A stretch of 64,000 nucleotides of DNA from Candidatus Latescibacterota bacterium (GTDB lineage: Bacteria; Latescibacterota; CBDEFO01). Below the pieces are notes generated by a model. The model saw nothing but the letters and a program-made list of their open reading frames with translations. It searched no databases and was not told the DNA's origin. The stretch is from positions 192,001 through 256,000 of the forward strand of contig CBDEFO010000003.1 in the NCBI GenBank assembly GCA_965237525.1. The letters run 5' to 3'. Shown in pieces: positions 20,827 to 29,920 of the stretch. The translations under genes and the position numbers were made by a program. Within the stretch, counting starts at the first letter, position 1. Each line of letters begins with the position of its first letter.

Positions 20827-20978
20827 CTTCTATTTCCTAAAATTAGCAGACAGTAGACAGGGACATCTCCTCCTCTACCTTGAGATTGTCCCCGATGGAG
20901 CCCCCGATAGATTCAATCGGGGGTCAGGGGGAAACAATCTCACTTAGACTGTCTTTCCCTGTTTGCTGTCTACTTTTC

Positions 20979-23195
20979 CTACTCCTTAATACCTATAATC
21001 TGAGAGGTCTGGCTCTGCAGTTCGACAAGCCTGTCGAACACACCTCCCTTAGCCATCAGTTCCTCGTGGCTTCCTACCTCTGCTACCTTTCCGTCCTCCA
21101 ATATGACAAGTCTATCTGCATATCTTAAGGTGCTTAGCCTGTGAGCAATAGCAAACGTCGTCCTGCCTTTAATTAACCGTTTTATAGCCTCCTGTATCTG
21201 CTTTTCCGTCTCAGTGTCCACCGAGGATGTTGCCTCGTCTAATATCAATATGCGGGGATTGTGCAATATGGCACGAGCAATTGAGATGCGCTGTTTTTCT
21301 CCCACTGAGAGTCTACCTCCCCGTTCTCCCACCTGCGTGTCGTAGCCGTCAGGCTTTGCGACTATGAAGTTGTGTGCGTTTGCGGCTTCGGCGGCCTGGA
21401 TTACCTCCTCAAAGGTCGCATCTGGTCTGCCGTAGGAGATATTCTCAGCTATTGTGCCATTGAACAGGAACGGCTCCTGGAGGACGACTCCTATCTGTTT
21501 TCTGAGGTCCTCTAACTTTATGTCCTTGACCTCCATTCCGTCTATCTTCAGGGAGCCACTATCCACGTCGTAGAATCGGCAGATCAGGTTGATGGTGGTG
21601 GTCTTCCCCGCTCCCGATTTGCCCACCAGTCCTATCATCTCTCCCGGCTTTACATCTAGGTCGATGTTCTTCAGCACCGGTTTGCTCTTATCGTAGCCAA
21701 ACGTTACGTCCTCAAAGGTCACCTGTCCTTTCATATCGGGTAGAGGCATCGCCTTGGGGTTTTCATAGCCCTCGGGTTTTGTGTCTATAATCTCGAAGAT
21801 ACGTTCAGCGCCGGAGAAGGCTTGCGTCACCCAGCTATTCAGCTGGGTAAGCCAGCGCAGAGGGCCGTATAAGAGCCACGAGTAGCTGTAGAATGCCCAC
21901 AGTTGGCCGAGCGTCAGTTCTTCTCCCAACACCTGTTTTCCTCCCACGGCCCAGATGATCAGAGTACCAGCTCCGGCGATAAGGCCCGCCGTCGAGGAGA
22001 ATAAGGCCCATTTGCGCTCGGTGAAGTAACCTATCTTGAACAGGTCGACGCTTTTCTCATCGAATCGGTCGATCTCACGCTTTTCCTGCGTGAACGCCTT
22101 GACCACTCTGATCCCGGAGAGTGACTCTTCTATCCGAGCGGAGAACTGTGCCCATAGGCGCCACCACTTTCGGTAATAGCCCCGCAGGCGCTTCCAGAGC
22201 AGGCCGTTCCACATGACGATGAAGGGAACAGGAATCATCAAGTAGAGGGTCAGGACCCAGTTCAGATGGAAGAGCATGCCGACGATCCCGAAGAAGAGGA
22301 GACACCGGAGAACTATGTAAGGCAGTCCGTCGACAAGGAAGTATTTGAGAGTACGTATATCGTTGGTCACCCGAGACATTAGAGCCCCGATCTGTTTCTT
22401 ATCGTAGAACTGCAGGGAGAGGAGCTCCAACTGTCTGAAGACGTCGGCTCGTATGTCCGCTACGACCCGGGCGCCGAGCCAGGCGACTAACCAGCCGTGG
22501 ATCATCTCTGCTCCCCAGGTCAGGAGTCTGACCCCACCTAACCCCAAGACCAGTAACAGAAGGAGGTGTGCATTTGCCTGCTTTAACGCATCGTCTATGA
22601 TCCACTGGCTGAGCTTAGGAGGCATCAGTTCCGCGGCGGTGCTGACCAGCGAGACGCCTACCACACCTACTGCCTTGCCTGTATGGGGCTTGAGATACCG
22701 GCAGAGCCGGGCAAAGACCTGCCACTTCTTAACGCAGGCGGGACAGATACCGTTCCGCTCCGGCAGCAGGCGGCCGCATTTATCGCAGCGAGTTCTGTCC
22801 TCTTCTTCAGAAAGACGTAGCGGCTCCCCACCAGAAAGCTGCTGGATTCCCCGCGTCACCTCTGAAAACTTCTCTTTCAGGCTGCTGGAGTAGTAAAGGT
22901 GTTCAGTTTGCTTCCCCTTAACCGAAAGCTCCAGCCGTCCGCCGCCCACCAACGGCTCCGTCTTAGCCTCGGTGATCTCCTTCAACGGGAGTTCAACCGT
23001 CCCGTTGCGCCCATCCGGCGAGAATATCAGCACCCTTCGGTCTGTGACTACCATCCAGCGTTCACCGTAGGTTCGATCTTCCGCCAAATCGGTGGAGACG
23101 CTGATAGTCACAGTCTCGTCCCTTTGAAGAATCCTTTTGAACTTCTCTTCTATGTAGGAAGGCATCGCCTCTTGGAATCTCATTGTCTGCTCCAA
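20979..23195 (-). CDS. ABC exporter, paralog of the adjacent gene (degenerate signature LSVGE)
   Basis: CDKC...CPAC, GKSGAGKT, LSVGEKQR, ILDEATSSVD. Confidence 0.93.
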   Translation of the reverse strand: MEQTMRFQEAMPSYIEEKFKRILQRDETVTISVSTDLAEDRTYGERWMVVTDRRVLIFSPDGRNGTVELPLKEITEAKTEPLVGGGRLELSVKGKQTEHLYYSSSLKEKFSEVTRGIQQLSGGEPLRLSEEEDRTRCDKCGRLLPERNGICPACVKKWQVFARLCRYLKPHTGKAVGVVGVSLVSTAAELMPPKLSQWIIDDALKQANAHLLLLLVLGLGGVRLLTWGAEMIHGWLVAWLGARVVADIRADVFRQLELLSLQFYDKKQIGALMSRVTNDIRTLKYFLVDGLPYIVLRCLLFFGIVGMLFHLNWVLTLYLMIPVPFIVMWNGLLWKRLRGYYRKWWRLWAQFSARIEESLSGIRVVKAFTQEKREIDRFDEKSVDLFKIGYFTERKWALFSSTAGLIAGAGTLIIWAVGGKQVLGEELTLGQLWAFYSYSWLLYGPLRWLTQLNSWVTQAFSGAERIFEIIDTKPEGYENPKAMPLPDMKGQVTFEDVTFGYDKSKPVLKNIDLDVKPGEMIGLVGKSGAGKTTTINLICRFYDVDSGSLKIDGMEVKDIKLEDLRKQIGVVLQEPFLFNGTIAENISYGRPDATFEEVIQAAEAANAHNFIVAKPDGYDTQVGERGGRLSVGEKQRISIARAILHNPRILILDEATSSVDTETEKQIQEAIKRLIKGRTTFAIAHRLSTLRYADRLVILEDGKVAEVGSHEELMAKGGVFDRLVELQSQTSQIIGIKE

Positions 23196-23229
23196 AAGTA
23201 AGAAAGGACTATGGATTAAACAAGTTCAA

Positions 23230-23269
23230 TAAAAAAGAGCCGCAGGGGAAGAACCCCGCGACTCTTTTT
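23230..23269 (-). terminator. Intrinsic terminator upstream of the ABC genes
   Basis: Minus strand AAAAAGAGTCGCGGGG-TTCTT-CCCCTGCGGCTCTTTTTT: GC-rich stem followed by a U tract. Confidence 0.8.
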
Positions 23270-23535
23270 GTATATAAAGTCGTCTCTATGGCAATATATT
23301 CACCATGGAGGATCTTCTCCCGAAGGAGGTACACAGAGGACTGCCTCATTAAGCAGACTGGAAATTATATATTTATTTACCGTAATATTTAACATTTTCT
23401 GCAACCTTCTCCTAACGAGGCAAGCGTACGCACTTACCCTCTTAAAAGTAGGTGTAAAAATTCCATGCGCAATAAAACCATTTAGAAAACTCTATGCAAA
23501 GGGTGTCTCCAATAATATGCATCAAAATCCTTAAT
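23230..23535 (-). ncRNA. Candidate ~300-nt leader RNA or sRNA
   Basis: Bounded by a consensus promoter (23541-23569) and an intrinsic terminator; no credible ORF; no recognised family. Confidence 0.4.
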
Positions 23536-23540
23536 TTGTA

Positions 23541-23569
23541 AATATACACAATAAGGCTTCTCTTGTCAA
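23541..23569 (-). promoter_or_regulatory. Sigma70 promoter
   Basis: TTGACA-N17-TATATT. Confidence 0.7.
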
Positions 23570-23649
23570 ACATTTTGTCAAAATGTTTTCGCCTGCCAGG
23601 GATTTTAGAATGGAGTGCAGTTCACGCGGTTCCTCTATCCAGGTTTCTG

Positions 23650-23678
23650 TTGACAAAGGTGTCCACTCAGCCTATTAT
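23650..23678 (+). promoter_or_regulatory. Sigma70 promoter (divergent)
   Basis: TTGACA-N17-TATTAT. Confidence 0.65.
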
Positions 23679-23751
23679 AGACTATATTTCTTACGATTGT
23701 GTCTACAATTTGCACATCTAATGTAACGAGTTACTCGTCTCTACGAAAACT

Positions 23752-24453
23752 ATGAACTGCGATCAGAACGAGAATAGGCTCGATCCCCTCGGTATCGAAG
23801 GGGATAGATTGAAGATGGGCTATCGCTTCAAATCTAATTGGAAGGTTGTAGCGTCTTTACTGGCCTCACTTGGTGTAATATCTCTCCTTATCGTAAAATT
23901 CGCTCCTTTATACAAGAAATTGCTCTTTTTGACCCTCTATTCTATACCCTCCAACTCTTTCATACCCGGAATACCTCACGAGCCTGCGGTCATCTACGCC
24001 GGAACGCTCTACCATCCGCTAGAAGTCGCCCTCTTTGCCTCTTTGGGGACCTGCATAGCCGCGATCATAGACTACCACGTTTTGACCCCTATCTTAACAA
24101 ACGAAAAGGCAGAAGCCCTAAAAAAACAGACGATATATAAGATTTCACTCCGATACTTCGGCAAAGCCCCCTTTATAAGCTTAGTGATAGCGTCTTTTTC
24201 TCCTGTGCCCTTCTTTCCCTTCAGGGTTCTGAGCATAGCGAGCAGTTATCCCTTTAAGAAATATCTTTTATCCATCTTTTTGGGCAGGACGCCCCGCTAT
24301 TATCTCTTATCCCTTTTGGCATATACCTTCCCCTTCCCTACGTGGATCATCGCCGCCTTGTTCCTCGTCCTTATAGCCTACAATCTGATCGAAAAATATT
24401 ACAAAAAGTGGGCTTATAAGAAAAGGGGATCCAAGATGTTGCAAGCTCCGTGA
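23752..24453 (+). CDS. VTT/SNARE-associated (DedA-like) membrane protein
   Basis: Hydrophobic; IPHEP, SPVPFFPFR, GRTPRY motifs. Confidence 0.75.
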   Translation: MNCDQNENRLDPLGIEGDRLKMGYRFKSNWKVVASLLASLGVISLLIVKFAPLYKKLLFLTLYSIPSNSFIPGIPHEPAVIYAGTLYHPLEVALFASLGTCIAAIIDYHVLTPILTNEKAEALKKQTIYKISLRYFGKAPFISLVIASFSPVPFFPFRVLSIASSYPFKKYLLSIFLGRTPRYYLLSLLAYTFPFPTWIIAALFLVLIAYNLIEKYYKKWAYKKRGSKMLQAP

Positions 24454-24535
24454 CATATTTCATTCTCGGCGATCTTGATCACAGGAATACTTAAGGTCTT
24501 AGATAATTAAATGCAGCCCTAATTTCTACCCAGAA

Positions 24536-26506
24536 ATGAATACACGTCACTTAATCAACGAAGACGGCACTCCATTTGATTCATCAGAATTGCAAAGAAT
24601 AAGCTGTCACTTAGACCGGCTTAACGGTGAAGACCGCACAAGATATAGAAATCAAAATGCCGGGACTATCGCGAAGCATAGCGCGGCAAAGATTCTAATC
24701 GTTTCTGGGCCCGGAACAGGCAAAAGCCACCTGTTTTTAGATCGAATTGATCATTGGTTTCAAGACAATCCTGAGGCAAGTATATTTGTAACAAGTTTTG
24801 TCAGAAAATTGGTTACGGATTTGCGGAACGACATTAATAAAAATGAAAAACTATCCTATGAGCAGAAAAACCAAACTACAGTATACACCTTACACAAATT
24901 TGCTCGGAGTATTGTTGAAAAGAATAATGGAACATCTGAGTGGAAATTCCAACGTTACTTCAGGGTAATAGGGCAAGCATGGAAAAAAGTGGTTTGGGAA
25001 GATGTTCTTACACATTATCCGGATCTTGATGGAGGTTGTTATTGTTGGAAAAAATTCGAAGAGCAATTGCACAACAATGAGTTTGCAGAATCAGAAGATT
25101 GGCAAAAGCTCAATCAAATCTACTTTGAACTATGTGCATTCTATAACGCTGCTGGTTTCGCTGATTTGATTATACGGGCGAAGGATGCGCTGCGAGAAAA
25201 TCCCCAACTCAACGAAGATGACTTCTTTATCATCGATGAGTATCAGGACTTCAATCTTGCAGAGGAACAACTGATCCTTCAGTTGGCAAATAAAGCAAAG
25301 GGACTTCTTATTGTTGGAGATGATGAACAAGTTCTCTACGAAAAACTCAAATCAGGGAAAGCCAAGTTAGTCCGGAGACTTTACAATCAAAAGAAAGACT
25401 ACGTAAATGCTATGTTACCTTTCTGTGCAAGAAGCTGTTACCACATTACGAAACTTGCGGAATACTTCATTGGAAAGCATAGGGATTCAGATTGCATAGA
25501 AAAGATTTATTTGCCACTGGAAGCAGGTCAAGATACACCCAAGGTCCAAGTCATTGCTTGTGCTACTCCAGCTACTGCGATTGATTATATTGAGAAATTT
25601 ATTTCAGACAACCAAAGGGAGGTTGATGAACGAAAGACCAAATTATCAGAGGAAGAAGCACAGGATGCGTTCTTGCTCATTTTGACACCAGAGAGAAAAG
25701 CCAAATTTTATGGGGAGGCAAAAGAGACACTCCATAAAATTGTATCCAAATGGCACACGGAAAGTCGAGAGTTTTCAGACGACTATTACAAGGTCTTGAA
25801 CTACTACTCGCTTGCAGAACATCCGAGGAACAATTTCACTTTTAGAAAAGTTCTTTGGTACGAAGATTTTTCTGAGGAGCAAACTCACACATGGATTGTT
25901 GAGGCGATGCAACATAATAAGAATCTTTCTTGCCTGGATGCTGAAGAGATCAGAGATATACTGAGGAAGTGTAGTGACGTCAAAAATATCATTGAAACAG
26001 AAAGCTCCACAGATGAAAAAGTAGACAAGCTCTCAGAGTGCATATCCATAAGTGATAAACTTCGTCTAAGAAATGATATGGACAGGAAAGCCATCAACCA
26101 GGATGAAATAACAAAGTTGGAGCACGACGAAGAGGAAGAAGCGGAGCTAGAGGAAATACAAATTAAGAAAATGTGTGCAGTTGAACTTATGACTATTCTG
26201 GGATCTAAAGGGTTATCAGCGGATCACGTGATAATCATAGGTTTTGATGACGTAAATATGAAATGGATAACGAAAAATGCCTTTTATGTAGCTTTGACCC
26301 GTGCCAGAAAGAGTTTACATATCCTTACTGCTTTGAAATCTGGGGGCGCTGCAAGAGCCCATGATTTCTTGGCTCAACTACCGGAAGGTCATGCTGAATT
26401 TTGCAAGTATAAAAAGACTCGTCGTACAAAGAGCATTTTGCGAAGTAAACGGGCATTTGTGCGTTATCTCAATTCTCTAGGTTTTGCGTCAAAGCAACAG
26501 AGATAG
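24536..26506 (+). CDS. UvrD/Rep-like SF1 helicase, standalone, AT-rich
   Basis: SGPGTGKS, IIDEYQD, VGDDEQ, SKGLSAD, YVALTRA. Confidence 0.88.
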   Translation: MNTRHLINEDGTPFDSSELQRISCHLDRLNGEDRTRYRNQNAGTIAKHSAAKILIVSGPGTGKSHLFLDRIDHWFQDNPEASIFVTSFVRKLVTDLRNDINKNEKLSYEQKNQTTVYTLHKFARSIVEKNNGTSEWKFQRYFRVIGQAWKKVVWEDVLTHYPDLDGGCYCWKKFEEQLHNNEFAESEDWQKLNQIYFELCAFYNAAGFADLIIRAKDALRENPQLNEDDFFIIDEYQDFNLAEEQLILQLANKAKGLLIVGDDEQVLYEKLKSGKAKLVRRLYNQKKDYVNAMLPFCARSCYHITKLAEYFIGKHRDSDCIEKIYLPLEAGQDTPKVQVIACATPATAIDYIEKFISDNQREVDERKTKLSEEEAQDAFLLILTPERKAKFYGEAKETLHKIVSKWHTESREFSDDYYKVLNYYSLAEHPRNNFTFRKVLWYEDFSEEQTHTWIVEAMQHNKNLSCLDAEEIRDILRKCSDVKNIIETESSTDEKVDKLSECISISDKLRLRNDMDRKAINQDEITKLEHDEEEEAELEEIQIKKMCAVELMTILGSKGLSADHVIIIGFDDVNMKWITKNAFYVALTRARKSLHILTALKSGGAARAHDFLAQLPEGHAEFCKYKKTRRTKSILRSKRAFVRYLNSLGFASKQQR

Positions 26507-26623
26507 GTTCATAAAAAGTGATTTTCGATAAAGAATACATTTACTTCTCCCCCTGAACGTGGTATAAATGGACACTTTGAATAATTTGTGCTACACTGAA
26601 ATTGCCAATTACTCATCAAACCT

Positions 26624-26770
26624 GTGAAACAAGCTAAGATCACCGAGACTATTAGGGAAATAGTCAAAGACGAAGTTCAAGCAATCAAGGACAAGTTTGG
26701 TGCAGAAGAGGCGGCGGTGGGAGCTCCAATTCCCGTTGACGCCTCTTTTTTCTTGACTTCAAGGGGATGA
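26624..26770 (+). pseudogene. Possible truncated MNT-type nucleotidyltransferase N-terminus
   Basis: MKQAKITETIREIVKDEVQAIKDKFGAEE resembles the helix that precedes the LFGS motif, which is absent. Confidence 0.25.
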
Positions 26771-26914
26771 TCGCTTAAAGTGTACACAGTCGTCCCTGTA
26801 AATGCAGGGGCGAGGCGCCGTGGGCGCTTTGTTAGGGAGGATGGAGTGGAGGCAGCAAACCATGAAGTGCCCTCGCCCCTACTATCTTATTGGTTATCCA
26901 ACTTCTGTCCCTGA

Positions 26915-28675
26915 ATGATAAAGATAAAGAACATCACTCTTGAGCTAGGCGGAAGGAACGTCCTTTCGGAGATCAATCTTTGTATATATCCCGGAGAATC
27001 CATAGCCATAATCGGATCTAACGGTTCGGGAAAGACTACCCTTGCCCGGTGCATCAACGGTCTTTTGATCCCGAAGATCGGGGAGGTAACGGTGGAGGGC
27101 GTGCCCACTTCTGATCAGAATAATATCTGGGAGATCAGGCGCAGGGTGGGAATGATTTTCCAAACCCCCGATGACCAGATAGTCTCCACAACGGTCGAAA
27201 GAGAGATAGCGTTCGGACTCGAAAATCTGGGAATCGAGCTCAAACGAATGGTCGAAATAGTAGAGGATACCCTGGAGAGGTTCCATCTTGGAGAATATCG
27301 CCATCATCCGCCGCATCGGCTATCAGGAGGAGAAAAGCAGCGCCTATCTATAGCGTCTGTTCTGGCTATGAGTCCCGATTATCTGATTTTGGACGAGCCG
27401 ACATCCCTCTTAGATCCGGATGGACAAAGCCAGGTACGGGGGATCCTTAACGACATTCGGAAAGAAGGAGAGATAGCGACGATCCTGATCACTCAGTTCC
27501 CCGAAGAAGCCGCCGAAGCCGATCGTCTGATAGTCCTCGAATCTGGCAGGATTAGGATGGATGGTCCCCCACAACAGGTATTTGGGGAGTCGGAACTCTT
27601 GGAAACCTTGGGGCTTGAAGCCCCTTTTCCCTTTCGATTGGCGTCAGCCCTCAGAAGCGGGGGGATTACGCTGGATGGTTCTCCTTTCAGGTCTTCGGAT
27701 ATAGTAGGGCAACTCGTACACCTGTATAAGCCCTTATTGACATCCTCTGATATGACACCTGCTACATCACGGATGGGACGTTCCACGTGCCGCTCCCTGG
27801 GAAGGGAAAACGATCATCTGACGAAACTATCTGCTGAAGGTGTATCTTATATCTATGACATGGGTCTGCCCACCCAGAGAAATGCCCTCTCTAATGCGAC
27901 TATCCACGTCAGAAGATCGGATTTTATGGCGCTGGTGGGACCTAACGGCTCGGGTAAGACGACGCTCGTTCAACACTTCAACGGTCTCGTAAAGCCCACA
28001 TCGGGGCGCATCCTTCTGGACGGAGTAGACATCTGGTCTCTCGGAAGCGATCTTTCCAAAATCCGCCAAAGGATCGGCCTGGTCTTCCAGTTTCCCGAAC
28101 TTCAGCTCTTCGATAAGACGATCTTTGACGATGTGGCTTTTGGCCCCAGAAATCTGGAATGGAACGAAAAGAAGGTAAAGGAGAATGTCCACAGCGCCCT
28201 TGAGGCTGTAGATTTAGTCTCTGCAAACTACTTGGACAGGTCCCCTTTATCGTTGAGCGATGGGGAAAAGCGCAGAGTCGCCATTGCGGGGATCTTAGCA
28301 ATGTCCCCTGAAGTTCTGATTTTGGATGAACCGACTGCCGGTTTAGATCCTAAGGGTGCTAAAAAGATAATTTCCATATTGAAAGAGTTTAACAGCTCTG
28401 GAGGAACCGTTTTGATCATCTCTCACAACTTTGATCTTATAGCTGAGACTGCCGTAGGGATTGTGGTTTTGGACAGTGGGGAGGTTAAGATGGAGGGAGG
28501 TACGTCTGACATACTCTCGCGCTGTGACGAACTTTATGCGCTTGGACTCAGACCGCCAGAATCCGTACAGATATTGACGAGCCTTAGATCTTCAGGATGG
28601 AACGTAAGAACCGACCTTTTGACGCTGGAAGATGCAAAGGAGGAGATCATCAGGGTCATTCTCGGGTTTTCTTAA
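26915..28675 (+). CDS. Fused double ECF transporter ATPase (EcfA-EcfA')
   Basis: Two NBDs: GSNGSGKT/FQTPDDQ/LSGGEKQR and GPNGSGKT/FQFPELQLF/LSDGEKRR. Confidence 0.92.
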   Translation: MIKIKNITLELGGRNVLSEINLCIYPGESIAIIGSNGSGKTTLARCINGLLIPKIGEVTVEGVPTSDQNNIWEIRRRVGMIFQTPDDQIVSTTVEREIAFGLENLGIELKRMVEIVEDTLERFHLGEYRHHPPHRLSGGEKQRLSIASVLAMSPDYLILDEPTSLLDPDGQSQVRGILNDIRKEGEIATILITQFPEEAAEADRLIVLESGRIRMDGPPQQVFGESELLETLGLEAPFPFRLASALRSGGITLDGSPFRSSDIVGQLVHLYKPLLTSSDMTPATSRMGRSTCRSLGRENDHLTKLSAEGVSYIYDMGLPTQRNALSNATIHVRRSDFMALVGPNGSGKTTLVQHFNGLVKPTSGRILLDGVDIWSLGSDLSKIRQRIGLVFQFPELQLFDKTIFDDVAFGPRNLEWNEKKVKENVHSALEAVDLVSANYLDRSPLSLSDGEKRRVAIAGILAMSPEVLILDEPTAGLDPKGAKKIISILKEFNSSGGTVLIISHNFDLIAETAVGIVVLDSGEVKMEGGTSDILSRCDELYALGLRPPESVQILTSLRSSGWNVRTDLLTLEDAKEEIIRVILGFS

Positions 28676-29517
28676 AGCCGATAAAAACGTTCAGCGGTGC
28701 CATAAAAAAGGTTGTATTGCTCCTTATCGGAGGCTTCGGCTGTAGCCTCCTGCACGGCCCCCAGCCAGCGACCGTAGTCGGACGCTAGTGTGCAAACCGG
28801 CCAGTCGCTGCCGAACATCAGACGGTCGAAGCCGAAGGCGTCTATGACATGATCGATATAGGGCTTGAGGTCTTGCGCCGTCCACGTTTCCATATCGGCT
28901 TCGGTCACCAGGCCAGATAGCTTGCAGACTACGTTGTCTTCAGACGCTAGCTCGCGGATGCGGGTAGCCCAGGGCTCCGTAACGTATCCTTTAATGTCGG
29001 GTTTGCCGATGTGATCCAGAACAAAGGATACGTCCGGCGCCCCACGCACTAACTGGATGACTGCCGGAAGTTGATGATGTATGATACATATGTCGAAGGA
29101 GAGACCGAACTTCTCCAGGAGCCGAACGCCGTTGACAAATGCCGGACGGGCACAGAAATAGCTATCTTCCTCGCTCTGAATCAACCGTCGGACGCCTTTC
29201 AGCTTAGGATGTCTTGGCAACTGCTCTAGATACGCTTCGACTTCAGTGTCCTCAATCGGCGCCCACGCTACCACGCCCTCGATAGGAGTATCAGGGCTGT
29301 CGGCCAGAGACAAGATCCATAAAGTCTCATCACGGGAACACTCTGGAGTGGCATTGGCCTGGGCAAACACCGATTTGACTACATTCAAACCGGAGATCGC
29401 CTCCTGGTAGTCAGAGATGAAATAGCTCCGATTGATGGGAGGAACTTCATTTAGCCAGTCATATCTGAGCCTTTTAAGGTCCCAAAGATGGTGATGGGAG
29501 TCTATGATGGGCTGCAT
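28672..29517 (-). CDS. Amidohydrolase_2 family (L-fuconolactonase-like)
   Basis: IIDSHHHLWD, LDHIGKP, KLSGL, RLMFGSDWPV. Confidence 0.88.
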   Translation of the reverse strand: MQPIIDSHHHLWDLKRLRYDWLNEVPPINRSYFISDYQEAISGLNVVKSVFAQANATPECSRDETLWILSLADSPDTPIEGVVAWAPIEDTEVEAYLEQLPRHPKLKGVRRLIQSEEDSYFCARPAFVNGVRLLEKFGLSFDICIIHHQLPAVIQLVRGAPDVSFVLDHIGKPDIKGYVTEPWATRIRELASEDNVVCKLSGLVTEADMETWTAQDLKPYIDHVIDAFGFDRLMFGSDWPVCTLASDYGRWLGAVQEATAEASDKEQYNLFYGTAERFYRL

Positions 29518-29646
29518 AGGTAGGTCTCCTTGTGTTTTCGATGCGCAATGATCGCATCTTTTTGCATCCTCGGCAATGGCGCAGATTCATTATCTCTCGT
29601 AAAGGGAATTCTGCGCATTTTTTAGACTCGGTTTTCTGCTGTTAGG

Positions 29647-29857
29647 TCAGCTGGTGAAAAGTTCGAATAGCTTCCCGAACTTGCTGACATCATCAGTCTT
29701 ATACATCTCCGTATATTTGCAGCGAGCGCGAGTCACCGAGAAAAGCGCCTGCCTTGCGCATCGAAGATAGCGCTCCAGAGACCGCTAACACTCGGATTTC
29801 CCCTATCTCAGAATCGGTGTTCTCACACTTTGGACACTTGAAATTCAGCTTCGTCAG
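29647..29857 (-). pseudogene. Zinc-ribbon protein (DUF2082-like) with two frameshifts
   Basis: SD AAGGAG then CTG; FKCPKCENTDSEIGEIRV / SGLWSAIFDAQGRRFS / VTRARCKYTEMYK...FELFTS* across three frames. Confidence 0.7.
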
Positions 29858-29920
29858 TTGGACTGCTCCTTTGAAATATCCATGCGGGATCGCAAAGGAA
29901 GAACGTGATAGATCGCTATC

